The notes: generated by a model from the sequence alone, not told the origin. A stretch of DNA of 64,000 bases from Camelus ferus (GCF_009834535.1 NC_045696.1:47990001-48054000), one strand, 5' to 3'. Numbered from the stretch's first letter, positions 38,901 through 52,515 are shown. Translations and numbers: made by a program.

Positions 38901-40655
38901 GTGTCTTCTCTCTTTTTTTTCTTTGACACTTTTGCTAGAGATTGTCATTTTTGAAGATCATTTCCAAGAACCAGTTTACTGATTTCCTCCATTGTTGTTC
39001 TATTTTCAATTTTATTTATCTCTGCTTTTATCTTAATTATTTTATTCCTTCTGCTAGATTTGGGTTTATTTTCCTCCTCTTTTTTAATTTCTTGAGGTAG
39101 AAAATTATATTACTGACTTGAGAGCTTTCCTCTTTTCTAATGTAATCATTTAATGTTCTACATTTCTCCCTTCTCAGCATTGCTTTTGTTGTTTCACACA
39201 AATTTTAATATGTTGTATTTTCATTTTCATTCAATTCAATGCATTTTTAAATTTTCTTTGAGACTTCTCTTTTGACTCTTGGGCTACTGAGAAGCATGCT
39301 GTTTAGTTTTCAATTGTTCGGTAATTTTCCTACTATATTTTAGTTATTGATTTTAGGTTGGATTTCATTATTGCTGGTAAACACATTCTCTATGATTTTA
39401 ATTCTTTAAAACTCTTTGAGGTTTGTTTTATGGCCCAGCATATGGTTTATCTTGGTATATGTTCTGTTGTCACTTGAAAAAAAAATTGTGTGTTCTGCTG
39501 TTGTTGGGTAGATTGTTCTATGCATGTTGATTACAACAAGTTGGTTGATGAATTCGTTGAGTTCTTTTTCACCCTTGCCAATTTTCTGTCCAGAAATACT
39601 ATCAGTTGCTAAGAAGTGAGTTTGGCATCTCCAAGCATAATTGTGGATTTGTCTATTTCTCCTTTAAGTTCCAACAATTTTTATTCGTGTATTTTCAGGA
39701 TCATTGTCTGATGCAAACACAATTAGAATTTCTGTCTTCTTTGTGGATTTATCCTTTTATTATTATGTAGTATCTTTCTCTGTCCTTGGTAATTTTCTTT
39801 TCTGTGAAATCTACTTTATATGATGTTTATATAGCTATTCCTACTTTCTTTTGATTCATGTGTGCATGGCATATCTTTCTTTTTAATTTTTACCTACTTA
39901 TATTGTTCTGTTTGAAGTTTCTTGTAGACAGCATATAGCTGGGTATGCCAGTCTCTGTCTTTTAATTTGTACATTTAGATCATTTACATTTAATGTAATT
40001 ATTAATACATTAAGGCTTATGCCTGACATTTTGTTGTAATTTCTGTTCTTTCTGTTTCTCACTTCTCTATTTTTATTTTCCTTGCCATATGTAGGTTATT
40101 TGTACACATTTTAGAAGTTCATTTTGATTTATCTATATATTTTTTCTTATATTTCCTTTATAGCATTTTTTTAGTGGTTGCTCAAGATATTACATTACAT
40201 ATACATAATTTATCACTGTCTACTGATGTCTATTGGTATTCAAGTAAACTATAGAAATCTTACCTCTCTTTTTGTCCCTTTACTCTTAACTATGTATAAT
40301 ATAATTGCCTTACCTATTTTCTAGTACATTTAGACATGCTTATAATACATCAGTTTTGTAATTTTTGCTTCAACTATCAAACATAATTGAGAAAATTGAA
40401 GAGGATGAGAAAAAACTGTCATATTTACCCATAATTTTCCTTTTTCTGCTGTTCTTTCTTTCTTTCTTTCTTTCTGAGGTTCCAAGATTTCTTGTTTTAT
40501 CAATTCTTTTCTGCTCAGAGATATTCATTTAGCTAATCTTTTAGACTAGTTCTGTTGATGACAAATTCTCTTGATTTTTCTTCATCTGAGAATATTTTTT
40601 TCCCTTCATTCCCAAAGGATATTTTTGTTGGATAAAGAACTCTGGGTTTGAAGTC

Positions 40656-40836
40656 CTTTTTATTTATTTATTTAAATTTTAATTTTGAAATCTTTTGGGA
40701 GAAGTAATTAGGTTTGTATTTATTTATTTATTTGTTTGTTTGTTTGTTTGTTTGTTTTTAATGTAGGTACTGAGAATTGAACCCAGGACCTTGTGCATGC
40801 TAGGCATGCACTCAGCCACTGAGCTATGCCCTCCCC
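40656..40836 (-). mobile_element. tRNA-Ala-derived SINE (vic-1-like) with (TTTA)/(TTTG)n tract
   Basis: 'ttgaacccaggaccttgtgcatgctaggcatgcac...actgagctat'. Confidence 0.88.
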
Positions 40837-41007
40837 ATTGATTTTTTTTAAATTTCAGCACTTAAAAAGTAGTGTACCACTTCTTTCTGGCCTCTGTGGT
40901 TTCTGATGAGGTCTGGTCTTTTGTGAATTACTTTTCCCCAATAGGTAAAGGTGTCATTTCTCTCCTCTTGCTTCCAAGATTTCTTCTTTGTTTTCAGTTT
41001 TCAGAAG

Positions 41008-41264
41008 GTTACACAATAATGAGGGTAGCACTGGGTATAGGAATAAAAGCTGCTCCAGAACCTCAGGAGCCAGGCTAGTACAGCCTTCTCCCTGTGATCC
41101 TGTCTGTGCTCACCCCTGGAGTTCATCTTGCCAAAGCCAAAGCCACCTCTGTCCCCACCACCTTAGTCCCCTCCTTGGCCTAGGTAGCCTCCCCGATCAT
41201 AGCATCCTCTGCCACCATGATGATTATGTCCATAGTTAACATCCACATGAGAACCTCCTGGTCC
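41008..41264 (-). pseudogene. FUS: Processed pseudogene fragment of FUS (RGG3/PY-NLS coding end plus start of 3' UTR)
   Basis: The minus strand translates as [58 protein letters not shown], compared with FUS [29 protein letters not shown]...[26 protein letters not shown]. It continues 'tagcctggctcc..aggttctgga.cagctttt...cccagtg.taccctc', like the FUS 3' UTR. No introns are present. Confidence 0.9.
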
Positions 41265-43087
41265 TGGACTATGATGTACTTAGGTATGTTTTTCTTTGGG
41301 CTTATTTTTTTTGGTGTCTGCTGAACTTCTTGAATTTCTAAGCTTATGTTTTATTGACCAATTTGAGAAATTTTCAGCCATTATTTATTTGAATAATTTT
41401 CAGCCATACAATTTTTCTCCTCTCCTTCCAGGATTCCTATAATAGGAATGTTAGATCTTTTGTTAAAGTCCCATAAATCCTTGTTAAAATTTTCCAGTTT
41501 AGTTTTTCTCCATGGTTCTATCTTCCAGTTCACTAATTCTTTCCTCTGTCCTCTCCATTCTGCTTCTGAGACCTTTTGTTGAGCTTTTAAATTTTAGGTA
41601 TTTTATTTTCTAGTTCTAAAAATGCATTTGAAACTTCTTTATATCATCTGTTTCTTGATTAAGACTTTGTATTTTTTAAATTTGTTTCAAGCATGTTCAC
41701 AATTGTTGAGGCATTTTTATTACGGATACCTTAAAGTTCTTGTCAGATAATTCTAACATCTGTGTCTCAGTCTTGACATCTGTTGATTGTTTTTTCTCAT
41801 TCTAGTTGAGAATTTTCTAATTTTTATATGATGAGTAATTTCTTTAAATTGAATCCTGGACATTTTGGTTATTGTGTTGTGAGACTTTAGATCTTATTTA
41901 GGTTTTTAGTATAGCAGACATCCTCTGACACCAGTGGGAAAAGAGGGGTAGCATGTCATTAGTGTCAGGTGAGGGTAGAAGTCTAAGTTTCTTACTTGAC
42001 TTCTGTTGACACTGGTAGGGAAGGAAGGTGCTCTTTGTTGCTGCTGGGTGAGGGTGGGGGTCTAGGCTGTCTATAACGCATACACTAATACCACTCTGGC
42101 TGGCAGTTGTGAGGTACCCCATCACTCCCCACATGGTCTCCCTGACACTGTTGAAGGTGGTACCTTGTTACTACTGGAGATTGGCAAAAGACATGACTCT
42201 CTGCTAGGCCTCATCTGAGACCAACTTAGTGGGAAATGAGAGGAATGTCAATACCTTTTTTTTCTTTTTTTTTTTTTTAGATGGGGGTGGAAGACCAGGT
42301 TTCCCACTTGGTCTCCATTGACCCCACAAAGAGGGACAGCTTGTTACCATTCAGTAGGGATAAAAGTCCCATTTTCTTTCTTAGACTTCATTGACACCTC
42401 CCTGGCAGAGGAATTAGGGTGACTTGTTATAGCCTGGTGAGGGTAGAATTCTAGTTGCCTCACTTGGCTTTTGAAGACAGAGGTGTGGGTAGGGTCACTG
42501 TTTTGCTCCATGTCTGGTTGGAGTAGAGTGGTTATTGTGTAATTAGAAACAAATCTTGGTAGGTTCCCCTTTTCTGGATCTTTGGCTGGATTGAGAAAGC
42601 TTTTCTTGGGGGCATTTTCTGTCTGTACCTGTTATTGTTTCTAGGTTGCCTGCTGCTTCAGCACCCAGTCTGGGACGTGTAAGGTAAAACAAAAACAAAA
42701 AAAATGAGGGAACTCATTGCTCAGAAGTACCTATGCTTCTAGTTGCTGAAATATCTCTTTGGTTCTAATGTGCAAATTGGCTTGCTTCTGCACTGCTTCT
42801 TCCCTGGGGGCTTAGATTTTAGCATTCTCAGGTTTTCTAGGTCAGTTGCCATTTTTCCATCTGCTTCTAATTTTTCAAAATTTTCTGCTTAGCATCTCTT
42901 TTCCTGATCACATTGTCCTTATGGATTTATTTCTAAAAGCATTTTATTAGGTTTTTGTGAATGATATGCCTTTCATTTTTATGGATCTATTATAAATTGC
43001 AGTTCTTCAAAAGTATTTCCTTTGTATGAGGTTTTTATTGAAAATATTTTAGATCCACTCTCTCCATGCCAATGGCTCCATAGCATT

Positions 43088-43760
43088 GTGTCAGTCAGGG
43101 TTCATTAGGAGATGGAAACCATACAAATTACTTTAATGGAGAGCATCAATATAAAGAATTGTTGACTACATACTTAGAACTGAAAAAAAAAAGGCAAAAA
43201 AAGAACATGATGGTGTCATGGAAATAGCAATTGTAAAAAGTAGCTACCATTCCTAGATTTGAAAGAACAAAGGAAAGAAGATAGAGTGAATAAAACTTGG
43301 ATGATTACAGAAGGGACTCCATAAAGTTGAAATCCTGGCCTCGGCGTTGGAGGTGCTTGTCAGACGGTGCTGATATCTCTAAGCTCAGTGGAGGGTTCTA
43401 TGAGGCTGGGACTCAGCCCATGTGGTGGGGGATGATGGCTGGCTCTTCCTGGGGTCTCTGAGGTGCATAATAAAGCAGATTCTCCAAGTGTTGGAAACAC
43501 TGCAAGATAGGTTCAACTGAGGCTACAAAAACAAATCTCTGACGAAGCAAGCTTGGGATGATGCTGAGAGAAACACGATGTAAACAGAAGCCAGAAATAA
43601 GCAAATGGGAAAGGTTGGCCCTTTCTTTTACCTCCATCCTTGAGATCTTTCTCTAATACTTACTATTTGCAGAACTTACCAGAAGTATGATTTACAGAGT
43701 TCTGCCCCAGAATGAGAAGGCAGAATATAAAAGTTGGATTTGAATCTGAGAGACAATAAC
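43088..43760. mobile_element. Ancient LTR-like element
   Basis: Begins TGTGTCAGTCAGGGTTC...gaaacca, typical of old ERVL/MaLR LTR termini. Confidence 0.45.
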
Positions 43761-44049
43761 TTAAAATAGATATCGTTCTCTTTAGTTTTGTCTCAAAATA
43801 TTTGCATTCCCGAATTACTCAAATAATTATGTTTTTAATTTGTTTTACTAGAGGATACTATCATTTGTTTTTCACAACACATGTATGATATAGAAGAGGT
43901 ACTGTTTTTCTTATTTTACTCATGTGAAACTGGAGCCATGGTGAAATTAAGTGATGTCCAAAACTACATAGCTGAGACCAAAAATCAGGTCCTCTGGAGC
44001 CCATACCAGTGCATCCAGTATGTGGTGATTTTACCTAGTCTTATGGCTT

Positions 44050-45185
44050 GAATATCTTCTCTCTTGTAAACATATTCTCTCAAATGTATCTCTCCACTCC
44101 AGAACTTCTCCCTAATTCCAGATCATCATCCAAATGTCTGTTTCAGACAGCTTCACTGGATGTGTAATAGGCATCTCAGTTTAACACAACCAAAAGGAGC
44201 TCAGAGCTTTCCACCTTGAGACTCATTCTTCCAGCAGCTTTCCCACTGCGGCTAATGGCAGCCTTACTCTTGTAGTTCTCAGTGCAAAGACCTTGGGGCA
44301 GTCCTTGACTCTTCGTCTCTTCTAGTCAGTCCCTCAGCATCTTGAACATTATAATAAGGTTCCATTATCTTCTTACAATCTCCACTTCTAGTTTTCTCAT
44401 CTATCACCACCTCTTGCCTTACTGGATTATTTCAATAACCTCCTATTAGGACTCCCAGTTTCCCTTGTAGTCCTTTTTCTATTCTTAAGAAGAAAATTAA
44501 GCGACCTGTGTAACCCTACTAAATTGGAAGTCTGAACATTTTGCTGTATGGCTCAAAAATCCTCCAGTGCCTTTAGTTTTACTCAGTCAAAGCCAAAGTC
44601 ACTTCGGGACCCCACCAAGCCCTGTGTAATCCAGCTCTGAGTTGCCATGAACAACGGCACAATCCCAGAGGGTGTCATCCGTACAGTATACAATGTGTCA
44701 CATCGTAAGCCCGCCACTTCCTCCTTTTCTCTCTCTGACTTTCCTTCCTGCTATTTCTCTTTTCATGTATTCTGCTCCGGTCCCCTCAGCCTGCTTGCTG
44801 TTACTCAGACTTGTCAAATACCCTTCACAGCCACCGCTCTGCTGTTCTCTGCGCTACCCCTCCAGAGATGTGCATGGCTTCTCCTGTGCATGCTACAGGC
44901 TTTTACTTAAAAGTACTGTCTCAGTAATTCCTACTCTTGCCTATTTAGAAATGCAAGAAGTCCTGCTTTCTGTAGACCCTATGCCTTTTCCTTGCTTTAC
45001 TTTTTCACAACACTTAACCCCATACAACTCACTATATGTTAAATGTTACTTATTTTATTTATTTTCTGCTCACATACAACTAAACTATAACATCTCAAAA
45101 GTAGGTTTTTGGTCTAGTTTATAAGTGGTGTGCTCCAGTACCTGGGACTAAACACATAGTAGGTACTCAGTCAGACATATTGAAT
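44050..45185 (+). mobile_element. L2 3' region
   Basis: 'ggatgtgtaataggcatctca', 'gtccttgactcttc' and terminal 'cacatagtaggtactcag'. Confidence 0.75.
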
Positions 45186-47607
45186 ATTTCACTATAGGAT
45201 ATAGTAATCTCATATTACTATGTTCGTAATCTGTGAAGATTTGCCATAATACAAATTAAAAAGAATTTGTAACTTTAAATTCTGAAAAAGAATGAGAATC
45301 TGTACCGATAGATGCTTCCCGGGAGACCAGTGTTTACACCTTTTTAAGAAAGTGTAGCTGCATGCAGTTTTAGAATGCAGTGGTAACACAAAGAAATTTT
45401 GAAAGAAAAATGTTTTGGGCCAAAAATATACATCACTGGGAAATTTAGCATATTGACAAAGCTATGATTTGGCAATGAGTTTAGTATTTGTTTTTTAAGG
45501 ATTGCTAATAGAATGAAGTAAAAAGTTGCATTGCTCTCCTTTAACAAAGACACATATTTAAAAAGTGTGATAAAATGCAATGCAAACTTCAAGGTGAACT
45601 TTGGAATTACAGGATGTTGCCATGAATTGATGTGCCAAGCTTGTTAGTATTCTCAGCCCCATTGCTACATAAACAATGTTACCTCTTGTCTTGTGATTCT
45701 GGTATTATTAATTGAAAAATGTGTGAGCTGTCTGTCTTGAATGGATTATAAGAAATAAAGGAAACAATGACCTATAGAATGCACTCTCATTTTCCTGTTG
45801 ATAATATCAAGCAAATGAAATAGCCCAAAAAGGAAAATATACAGAAACCTATATATTTTTGGGGGGATGAGGGGAGTCCGAAATGGGGAAAAAAATAAGC
45901 TCTAGAATGTATTCAGGACATCACAAACAAGGCATCACAAAGCGTCCGGCAGGCTTAGATGCGGCGCTATTATAGGGCTTGTGCTAGCAATTTGTGTCAA
46001 GTTAAAATTAATACTGGAAAATAAATTTATCTGGATACTATCTTTGTAACTGCACTCATTATATAAACTTACATTTCTTAAACTATTACTGGTTTGATAA
46101 GGTTAATTTAATCAGAGAGGAATCCACCAGAAATAAATGTCTAATAACTGAAAAATGAAATTTTTAATGCTTTGGGGAAGAGAGGAAATATGTAAAATTA
46201 CTGCTTAGAGGTTAGTTGGACTCAGCGAATGTTCTTTATTATTTTGCATTGTTTCCAGATATGGGTAGTGATGAGTGTGCTAACCATGTCAGTTTTCACT
46301 GAGCTGGCTCAGATTTCACACTGTAAGAGCTTTGTTTTGTTAAGATGGAGATGCTGCTACACTTAGGAAAACCAGGGGTTTCATCTGACCGTGGAAAAAA
46401 GCATAGTCGGCTTGTCTTTCTCATGTTTACAAGAGGCTTTAGAAAACTGTTTGGCAGGGCCAAATGAGAGGGAGAAAATCCTCCTTTGACTACAGACACC
46501 TTTTCTTTGTTCAGTTTTGTGATGAATGGTTTATTTGCTGCACATGGTTGCTTCTCAGAAATGTATTAGCATTAGTGCTGATAAAGTGATCAGTAGAAAT
46601 TCTGTATTCCAGTATCCTTTTTTAAATTCGTATACAATTTAACAGCAGATAGAATTGGTCTTATTTTTTTTTCAAATTTTTAGTTCATCTTTATTCAATT
46701 TTTTTTTTTTTGATAGTAGCTTAATTCCCACAGTTTAAAAAGTGAGAGCTTCTATTTTTCTGTTAATTGATTTTTGTATTTCACTTTGTGGGTAGGAAAA
46801 TATAGATAGTTCTTCCTCCCCAGGCCACACAACCCTGCATTCAAGAGGAACTAGAAGTAGAAGTGGATGAAGGTTATTACTTGGATGCCAGCTGGGGGAT
46901 GATGGGGGTGGTGGGATTAAGGGCATGGGTAGAGTTAATTGCCCAGGTAAGGTGGTGGTGGGCAGAGGGAATCTGAAAGTCAAAAGGGATGAACCCGTGG
47001 TTCAAATTATCATGGAAACAGGGGTGAATCCAGGAAGGGTCGATGACTCAAAGTGAGTCAGAGCCAAGGGACCATCCAAAGCCACCAGAGCAAGGATGTG
47101 TATGTCGAGAATTACGACAGAGGCGTACTATAAATCTGGTTGGTGGTTCTTCTCAGCTGCTCCCTGAACATACATTTTTTTGCCTGGATTATTTTAAAGA
47201 TATCCCATGTCTTCTTGACCTCACCTAGTGAACTGGGACTCCAGGCCATTTCTTTAAGTCCTCTGACTACTCTGTTCCCGGGTACTGTCTGGGTTATAGG
47301 GGTGATCTGTCTGTAAACGTGGTGGCATTTTTCAGCAGAAGCTGCTTCAGATTCATTCTCTTGCCCCCGCTGCTCCTGTCCAGTTCCTTTGGCTACACTC
47401 TGCAGCCACTCTGCCTCATCTCTGCCCTTCCTGCGGTAGAGGAGGGCTATGCCCTGACCTATGATGATAACCAATTAGTAGGTTTTCCAAGAATTGCCTG
47501 GCTCTTAGACTTCAGTATCTTTGACTATTCTCAGGCCTGTATTCTTATATACAAACTGTAGAATCAGTTCGATAAATAAAAGTCCTATGTAATTTTCATA
47601 GAAATTT

Positions 47608-48030
47608 TCTTGGCCAAAACTAGGGTGAGTCAAGTGATGCATTTGTCTCAAGAGCAAAATAGAAAGGAGTTCCCCCCAAACTCACTGATTAAGATAAATA
47701 ATATTTTAGAAATAAAAATGTATGCAAAAAAGTACCTGATGACAAAATGTTAAAGTTTTTAATAAAGGTCAGATCAGTAACAGTGCCACTGTCAAGCCAT
47801 ATTGGAGGCAGAGAGAAAACAAAAAGTCAGGACTGATCCTGTCTTCCATTCTTTCTTGACAATTTTTTCACTTAGTTAATTACTGACTTTTTACAGTTAA
47901 TTTTAATTTTTAAAGACTATTGCATTAAAATATTATTTACCTTGGTTACTAAGTTTTTGGTGTCCTTTTAAATTTTGCACCCTCATCAAGGTGCTCACTT
48001 ACCTCACTCCCCTCACTCTAGTGCCCTGAG
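47608..48030. mobile_element. MER96B-like hAT element
   Basis: 'actagggtgagtcaagtg...aaactcactgattaagataaataatatt...aaattttgcaccc...ctcactctagt'. Confidence 0.65.
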
Positions 48031-48066
48031 AGGTACATACATTAATAATTTTATTTAGATAAAATT

Positions 48067-48205
48067 TTTGCTTGTTTGTTTTTTGGGGGGAGGTAATCAG
48101 GTTTATTTATTTAACTATATTTTTAATGGAGGGACTGGGGATTGAGCCCAGGACCTCGTGCATGCCATGCATGTGCTCTACCCCTTGAGCTGTACCCTCC
48201 CCTCC
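48067..48205 (-). mobile_element. tRNA-Ala-derived SINE (vic-1-like)
   Basis: Same family motifs. Degenerate TSD TAGATAAAATT / TAGGGAAAATT. Confidence 0.85.
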
Positions 48206-48929
48206 TAGGGAAAATTAATACAGTTCTGTGATTTTGAGTTTTTCAAACATGAATATGGTGTTTATTCAGGGCCTCTTTTGTGTCCTGCAATAAAGTTTTT
48301 CTATTTCCTCCATGAAGTTCTTGCATACTTAAAAAAATTATTTCTAGTACTTAATGATCTTCTTGGCTTTTTAAAGGGAGTTTTATTTCTTTGTTATTCA
48401 AAAATGGTAATTTTTATAGCTCATTCTTGACTATGCCTTCTGGCCTTCTATAAACACATACTGATACCTTTTATGTGTCAGACATTGTTCTAAGTTCTGT
48501 GAGATAGCAGTAAACACAGCTAGTGAGGGAAGACCAAAAATAATCAGATACATCAATAGAAAGCAAAAGTTAGGCAATGAAAAAACCAAAACAGGGTGGA
48601 CTGACACAAAATGATAAGGGGTGGGGCTGTTTGAGTAAGTTGTGTGTAATTTGAGACCTGAGTATTAGGAAGGAGGCACGTATCTGAAGCTCTAAGACAC
48701 AGAGAGAAGCTCCAGAGGATAGCTGTATAGCATCAGGGTGGAATTTGGACAAATGCACCCTTTCCTTCCTTAGGTTTACCCCATTCTCTAGGACCTGAAG
48801 CTCCTTTCTTACTGTTTTTTCCCCTCATTTTACTTTTTCAGTGATTCATTCGCTAAACCAAAAATATTTATTGACACTTCACTGTGCACATTTCTCACTT
48901 TTAGCACCGAAACATCTTTGAAAATTATT

Positions 48930-50460
48930 GCTATACTAGCAATGAAAAATTAGAAATTGAAATTTAGAAAGTAAATACAATTTACTGTATCATTATAATA
49001 GCACCGAAAATGAAATATTTAGGTATAAAGTTTACAAAGTATGTTCAATATTTGTTTGCTGAGAACAAGTAAATACTGATGAAAGAAGTCAAGAAAAGAT
49101 ATGCCATATTCATGGATTGGAAGACCTAATTTTGTTCAGATTTTACTTCTCAGATTAATCTGTAGAGTCAATTCAGTGACATTCAAAATCCCTGCATGAC
49201 TTTTAATAGAAATTAACAACTTGATTCTAGACTTTATCTGAAATACAAACTAGAATAGACAACCAATTCTGAAAAAGAATAAGGTTTGAAGACACAAAAA
49301 GATGCTCAACGTCATTATTCATTAAGGAAGGACAAATTATAACTGCAGTGAGATCTCCCTATGCATTTATTAGAATGGCTAAGATTAAAAACAAACAAGC
49401 AAAACAACTGACAGTCTTACATTTTGCTGACTATGTGGAACAACTCTATTGCTGGTGAGAATGTAAAATGATACAGTCATTTTGGAAAACAGTTTGGGAG
49501 TTTCTTATATAATTTAACATACCCTTATCGTATCATTCAGCAATCCCATTTCTAAATGCACACAAAAACATGTATGTGAATGCTTATAACAGCTTTTATC
49601 ATAATTGGTCCAAACAGGAAACTACCAAATACTCATCAACTGGGGACTAGTTAAATAAACTGTGCTATATCCATACAACGTAGTACAGATTTCCCAGCTA
49701 TCCAAAAGTAGGGGGTTCCTATGTGAAACCTTTTGTAAGCTAGCCAAAATGGTATACAGTGTAGAAGCAATTACCTTAGGACACATCTTGCTAATGGATG
49801 CACAGAATGAACTGAGATAAAACACAGATGCTCACAGACACAGTTTAAAGCTACGGGCAGCTTGATGCAGGGATGCTGGGTGTAGTTCTGGGGAAAGAGC
49901 TTGGCAGTGCCACTCCTGCTCGGGGCACACGCTGCCTCTATAATGGCTCGCTGCAAAGCAAACTCTGAATACTATTTGTGCTTCTCAACTTTTTTTTGTA
50001 AAAGCAAAAATCTTTTTAAAATTTCTCTTGGTTAGCGAAAACAGATCCTAATGTAGGTCTTCCATAAAAGCGAAAAGGTATAAAGCAAACTTTCAAAAAG
50101 AAGGGGATACCTGTATTTCTTTAGCAATTAAAAGGAACACATTATACAAAACAAAACAGATGAATCTCAAATTATACTAAAGAAAAGAAGCCTGGCTTAA
50201 ATGGCTGCATACTGTATGATTCCATTTGCATGACATTCTGGAAAAGGTAAAACTAGAGAAACAGAAAAAGTATCAGTGGTTGCCAGGGCTGGGGGTTGAG
50301 GAGGGGCTTATTACAGTGAATCATGGGGTATTTTTTGGAATGAAGAAACTGTCCTATGTCTTGATAGTAGTACCTGTTACATGACTATATATGTTTGTCA
50401 AAACTTGCAGTGTTGATTTTCTGATATGTAAATTATGCCTCAATTTTAAAAATGAAAACA
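48930..50460 (+). mobile_element. Old L1 3' portion, interrupted by MER82
   Basis: ORF2-like 'ccatattcatggattggaagac' and 'ttgctggtgagaatgtaaaatg', and 3' UTR 'tactgtatgattccattt'. Confidence 0.75.
49686..50113. mobile_element. MER82-like Tigger-family element
   Basis: TA|CAGATTTCCC...GGGGATACCTG|TA inverted termini with TA TSD. Confidence 0.75.
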
Positions 50461-50626
50461 AAAACAAATTATTAGAAATGCTAGATCACAGATTTTTGTT
50501 TTGTTTTGTTTTTGGTGTATGTATTTGAGTAGCATCTTAATATAATAAAATTTGGTGATCTGTCAGACTTCATTAATTTCCTTTCTTCTGTCTGAAGTCC
50601 AAAGGTCTGCAAGCCATTGGTTAAAA

Positions 50627-50800
50627 CACTGCATCTCATGAAGTAGTTTCTAGCAGCATCAGCATCACCTGGGAACTGGAGAGAAATGCAAATTCTCTAG
50701 CTGTACCTGCTGAATCAGAAACTTTGAAGGGGGGCTCAGCAATCTGTCTTAACAAGTCTTCTGTGTGATTCTGACACACGCTAACCCTTGAGAGCCCACA
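50627..50800. mobile_element. MER5A-like hAT MITE
   Basis: 'cagcagcatcagcatcacctgggaact...gaaatgcaaattctc...ctgaatcagaaact'. Confidence 0.8.
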
Positions 50801-52515
50801 TCACTGTTCTTTGCTGTATGTGGAGACATTACAGTACAGGTTTAGGAGTGAAACAGAGTGCTTTTGAATTCTGGATCTTGCACTGTGTGAGGTATTTAAG
50901 TTTTGATTTTTCCCATCTCTAAAATGGGGGTTTTAATGTCTACTTCCTAGCATTGTGGTAAGGTTTAAAAGGAAGTCAGGTCTCAGCGCAGAGTCTGAGA
51001 CAGCAAAACTCAGTGACGGGTTCTTAGTTTTAAATATTATCTGAGTCACAGTCTTGAATTTTTGCTTTGCTTTTTGATGTATGAGCAATCAGATTCATCT
51101 TAGGCAGGCAGTTCAAACTGCTGTCTGGCTGTCACCTTTGCAGTTATCCAGGCAAGAGGCTCGCAATTCCTAATCGGGTATTTTCCTTTTCCGTAGTGTT
51201 TTCCATGTATTTTATATGCTTGTTCTTGCCTTTTCTTAGATGAAACACTGCTTGAAGAGACACTGTGGCTGGTACTTTGAAGGCAGGATTCAGACAGTGT
51301 ATCTTTATTTGCATATTTATATTTTAGTCAGTCATTGGGCACTTGAAAAAATTGAATTAAAATTAATTTAAATGGAAAATTAACTAACCGAAGGCAAAAT
51401 ATTCAGTAGCAGATATGAGTATCAAACCTCGTTCTCCTGATTCACAATCTATTTCCATAACCATGCTATAAGCTTAAAGTACTATGTGCGTGTGCATGTG
51501 TGTGTATGTTTGTTGAGAGGAGGGAATTTGGATAAGAGAGAACACAGGGAAGAATGTATCACCATTAATGGTGAGCAGGTGTTTTAAAAAGTGCTATGTC
51601 TCAATTTGTAAAACATAGGGAATTAATACTTTTGTTCCAGTTTATCAAGTTGGAACCACTGATTTCCAGGAAAAAATGACTTTTTTTTTTTTTTGCAGAG
51701 TTAGAATTGAGAGGTACTTGGTATTATCCTTTATTTTCTGTTTCCTGAAGGTGGTGAGTGCTTGCTTAATTATTCATATGGCTCAATAATGCAACCACTT
51801 TTCAAATAGGAGAGACCTGCCAAGATATTTCCCCATGTCCCTTTCTTCAATATTCTGGAGATTTATTCCCTTTCCTTTGGTTGGGAAAGTATTCAGGACA
51901 GAAAACTTATTTCCTTTTGAGAATGTTTACTTGCATATCTGATTCAATTGATTTTGAAAATAAAAGTGGAATCTTTTGCGACTTTAGATTCCATCTTGAC
52001 TTGTTCTGCTTTGCATGGAAACTGCTAAATGCTGTAACAACAATACCATTTATTATTATTATTAAATATGATAATAAATGAACACTAGTATAGGGGTCCT
52101 ATCTGACATAGTATTATCAAACAAATTGTAAGACTTTCTTGAGAATTTATTTAGAGGGAGTGATTGAATTGTCCTCCACACTGGACACAAATAAAGAGAC
52201 AATTTCTTTTGGCAAAGGTGCAGTATGCTTGGACATTTGTTTTTGTTTTTTTCTGCAGGGTGGAAAAAAAACCATACTAAAAAAAATGAGTATTTCTCCA
52301 AACCTTCCGATCAATAGTTGGGGTTTGTCTGATAGATGTCTTTGCTCATTTCTGTTTCACTGAGATTTGCAGAGCTTTATCATCATTGCAGACCTTCCAG
52401 TAGTCTCCTAAGCGGTTCTGGGAAACACTGTGCACTTAAGAACTTTGTAAGTAAATGTGGTTCCATTTGGCAGCCAAGGAGAGGGAGCTGTTCAGATCTC
52501 CCTTGAAGAGAGAAC

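Larger units (their letters stand above)
36865..42725 (-). mobile_element. Second ancient L1 (ORF2, ORF1 and repeated 5' UTR)
   Basis: Degenerate ORF2 (KDNTKNENYRPIFL at 38439-38630), ORF1-like sequence at 40.5-41.7 kb and repeated 'gggtRgaag' units at 41970-42450. Confidence 0.75.

Noticed and set aside
51670..51760. Possible microexons after a poly(T) tract
   Set aside because: Only generic AG/GT motifs, with no coding or other support.
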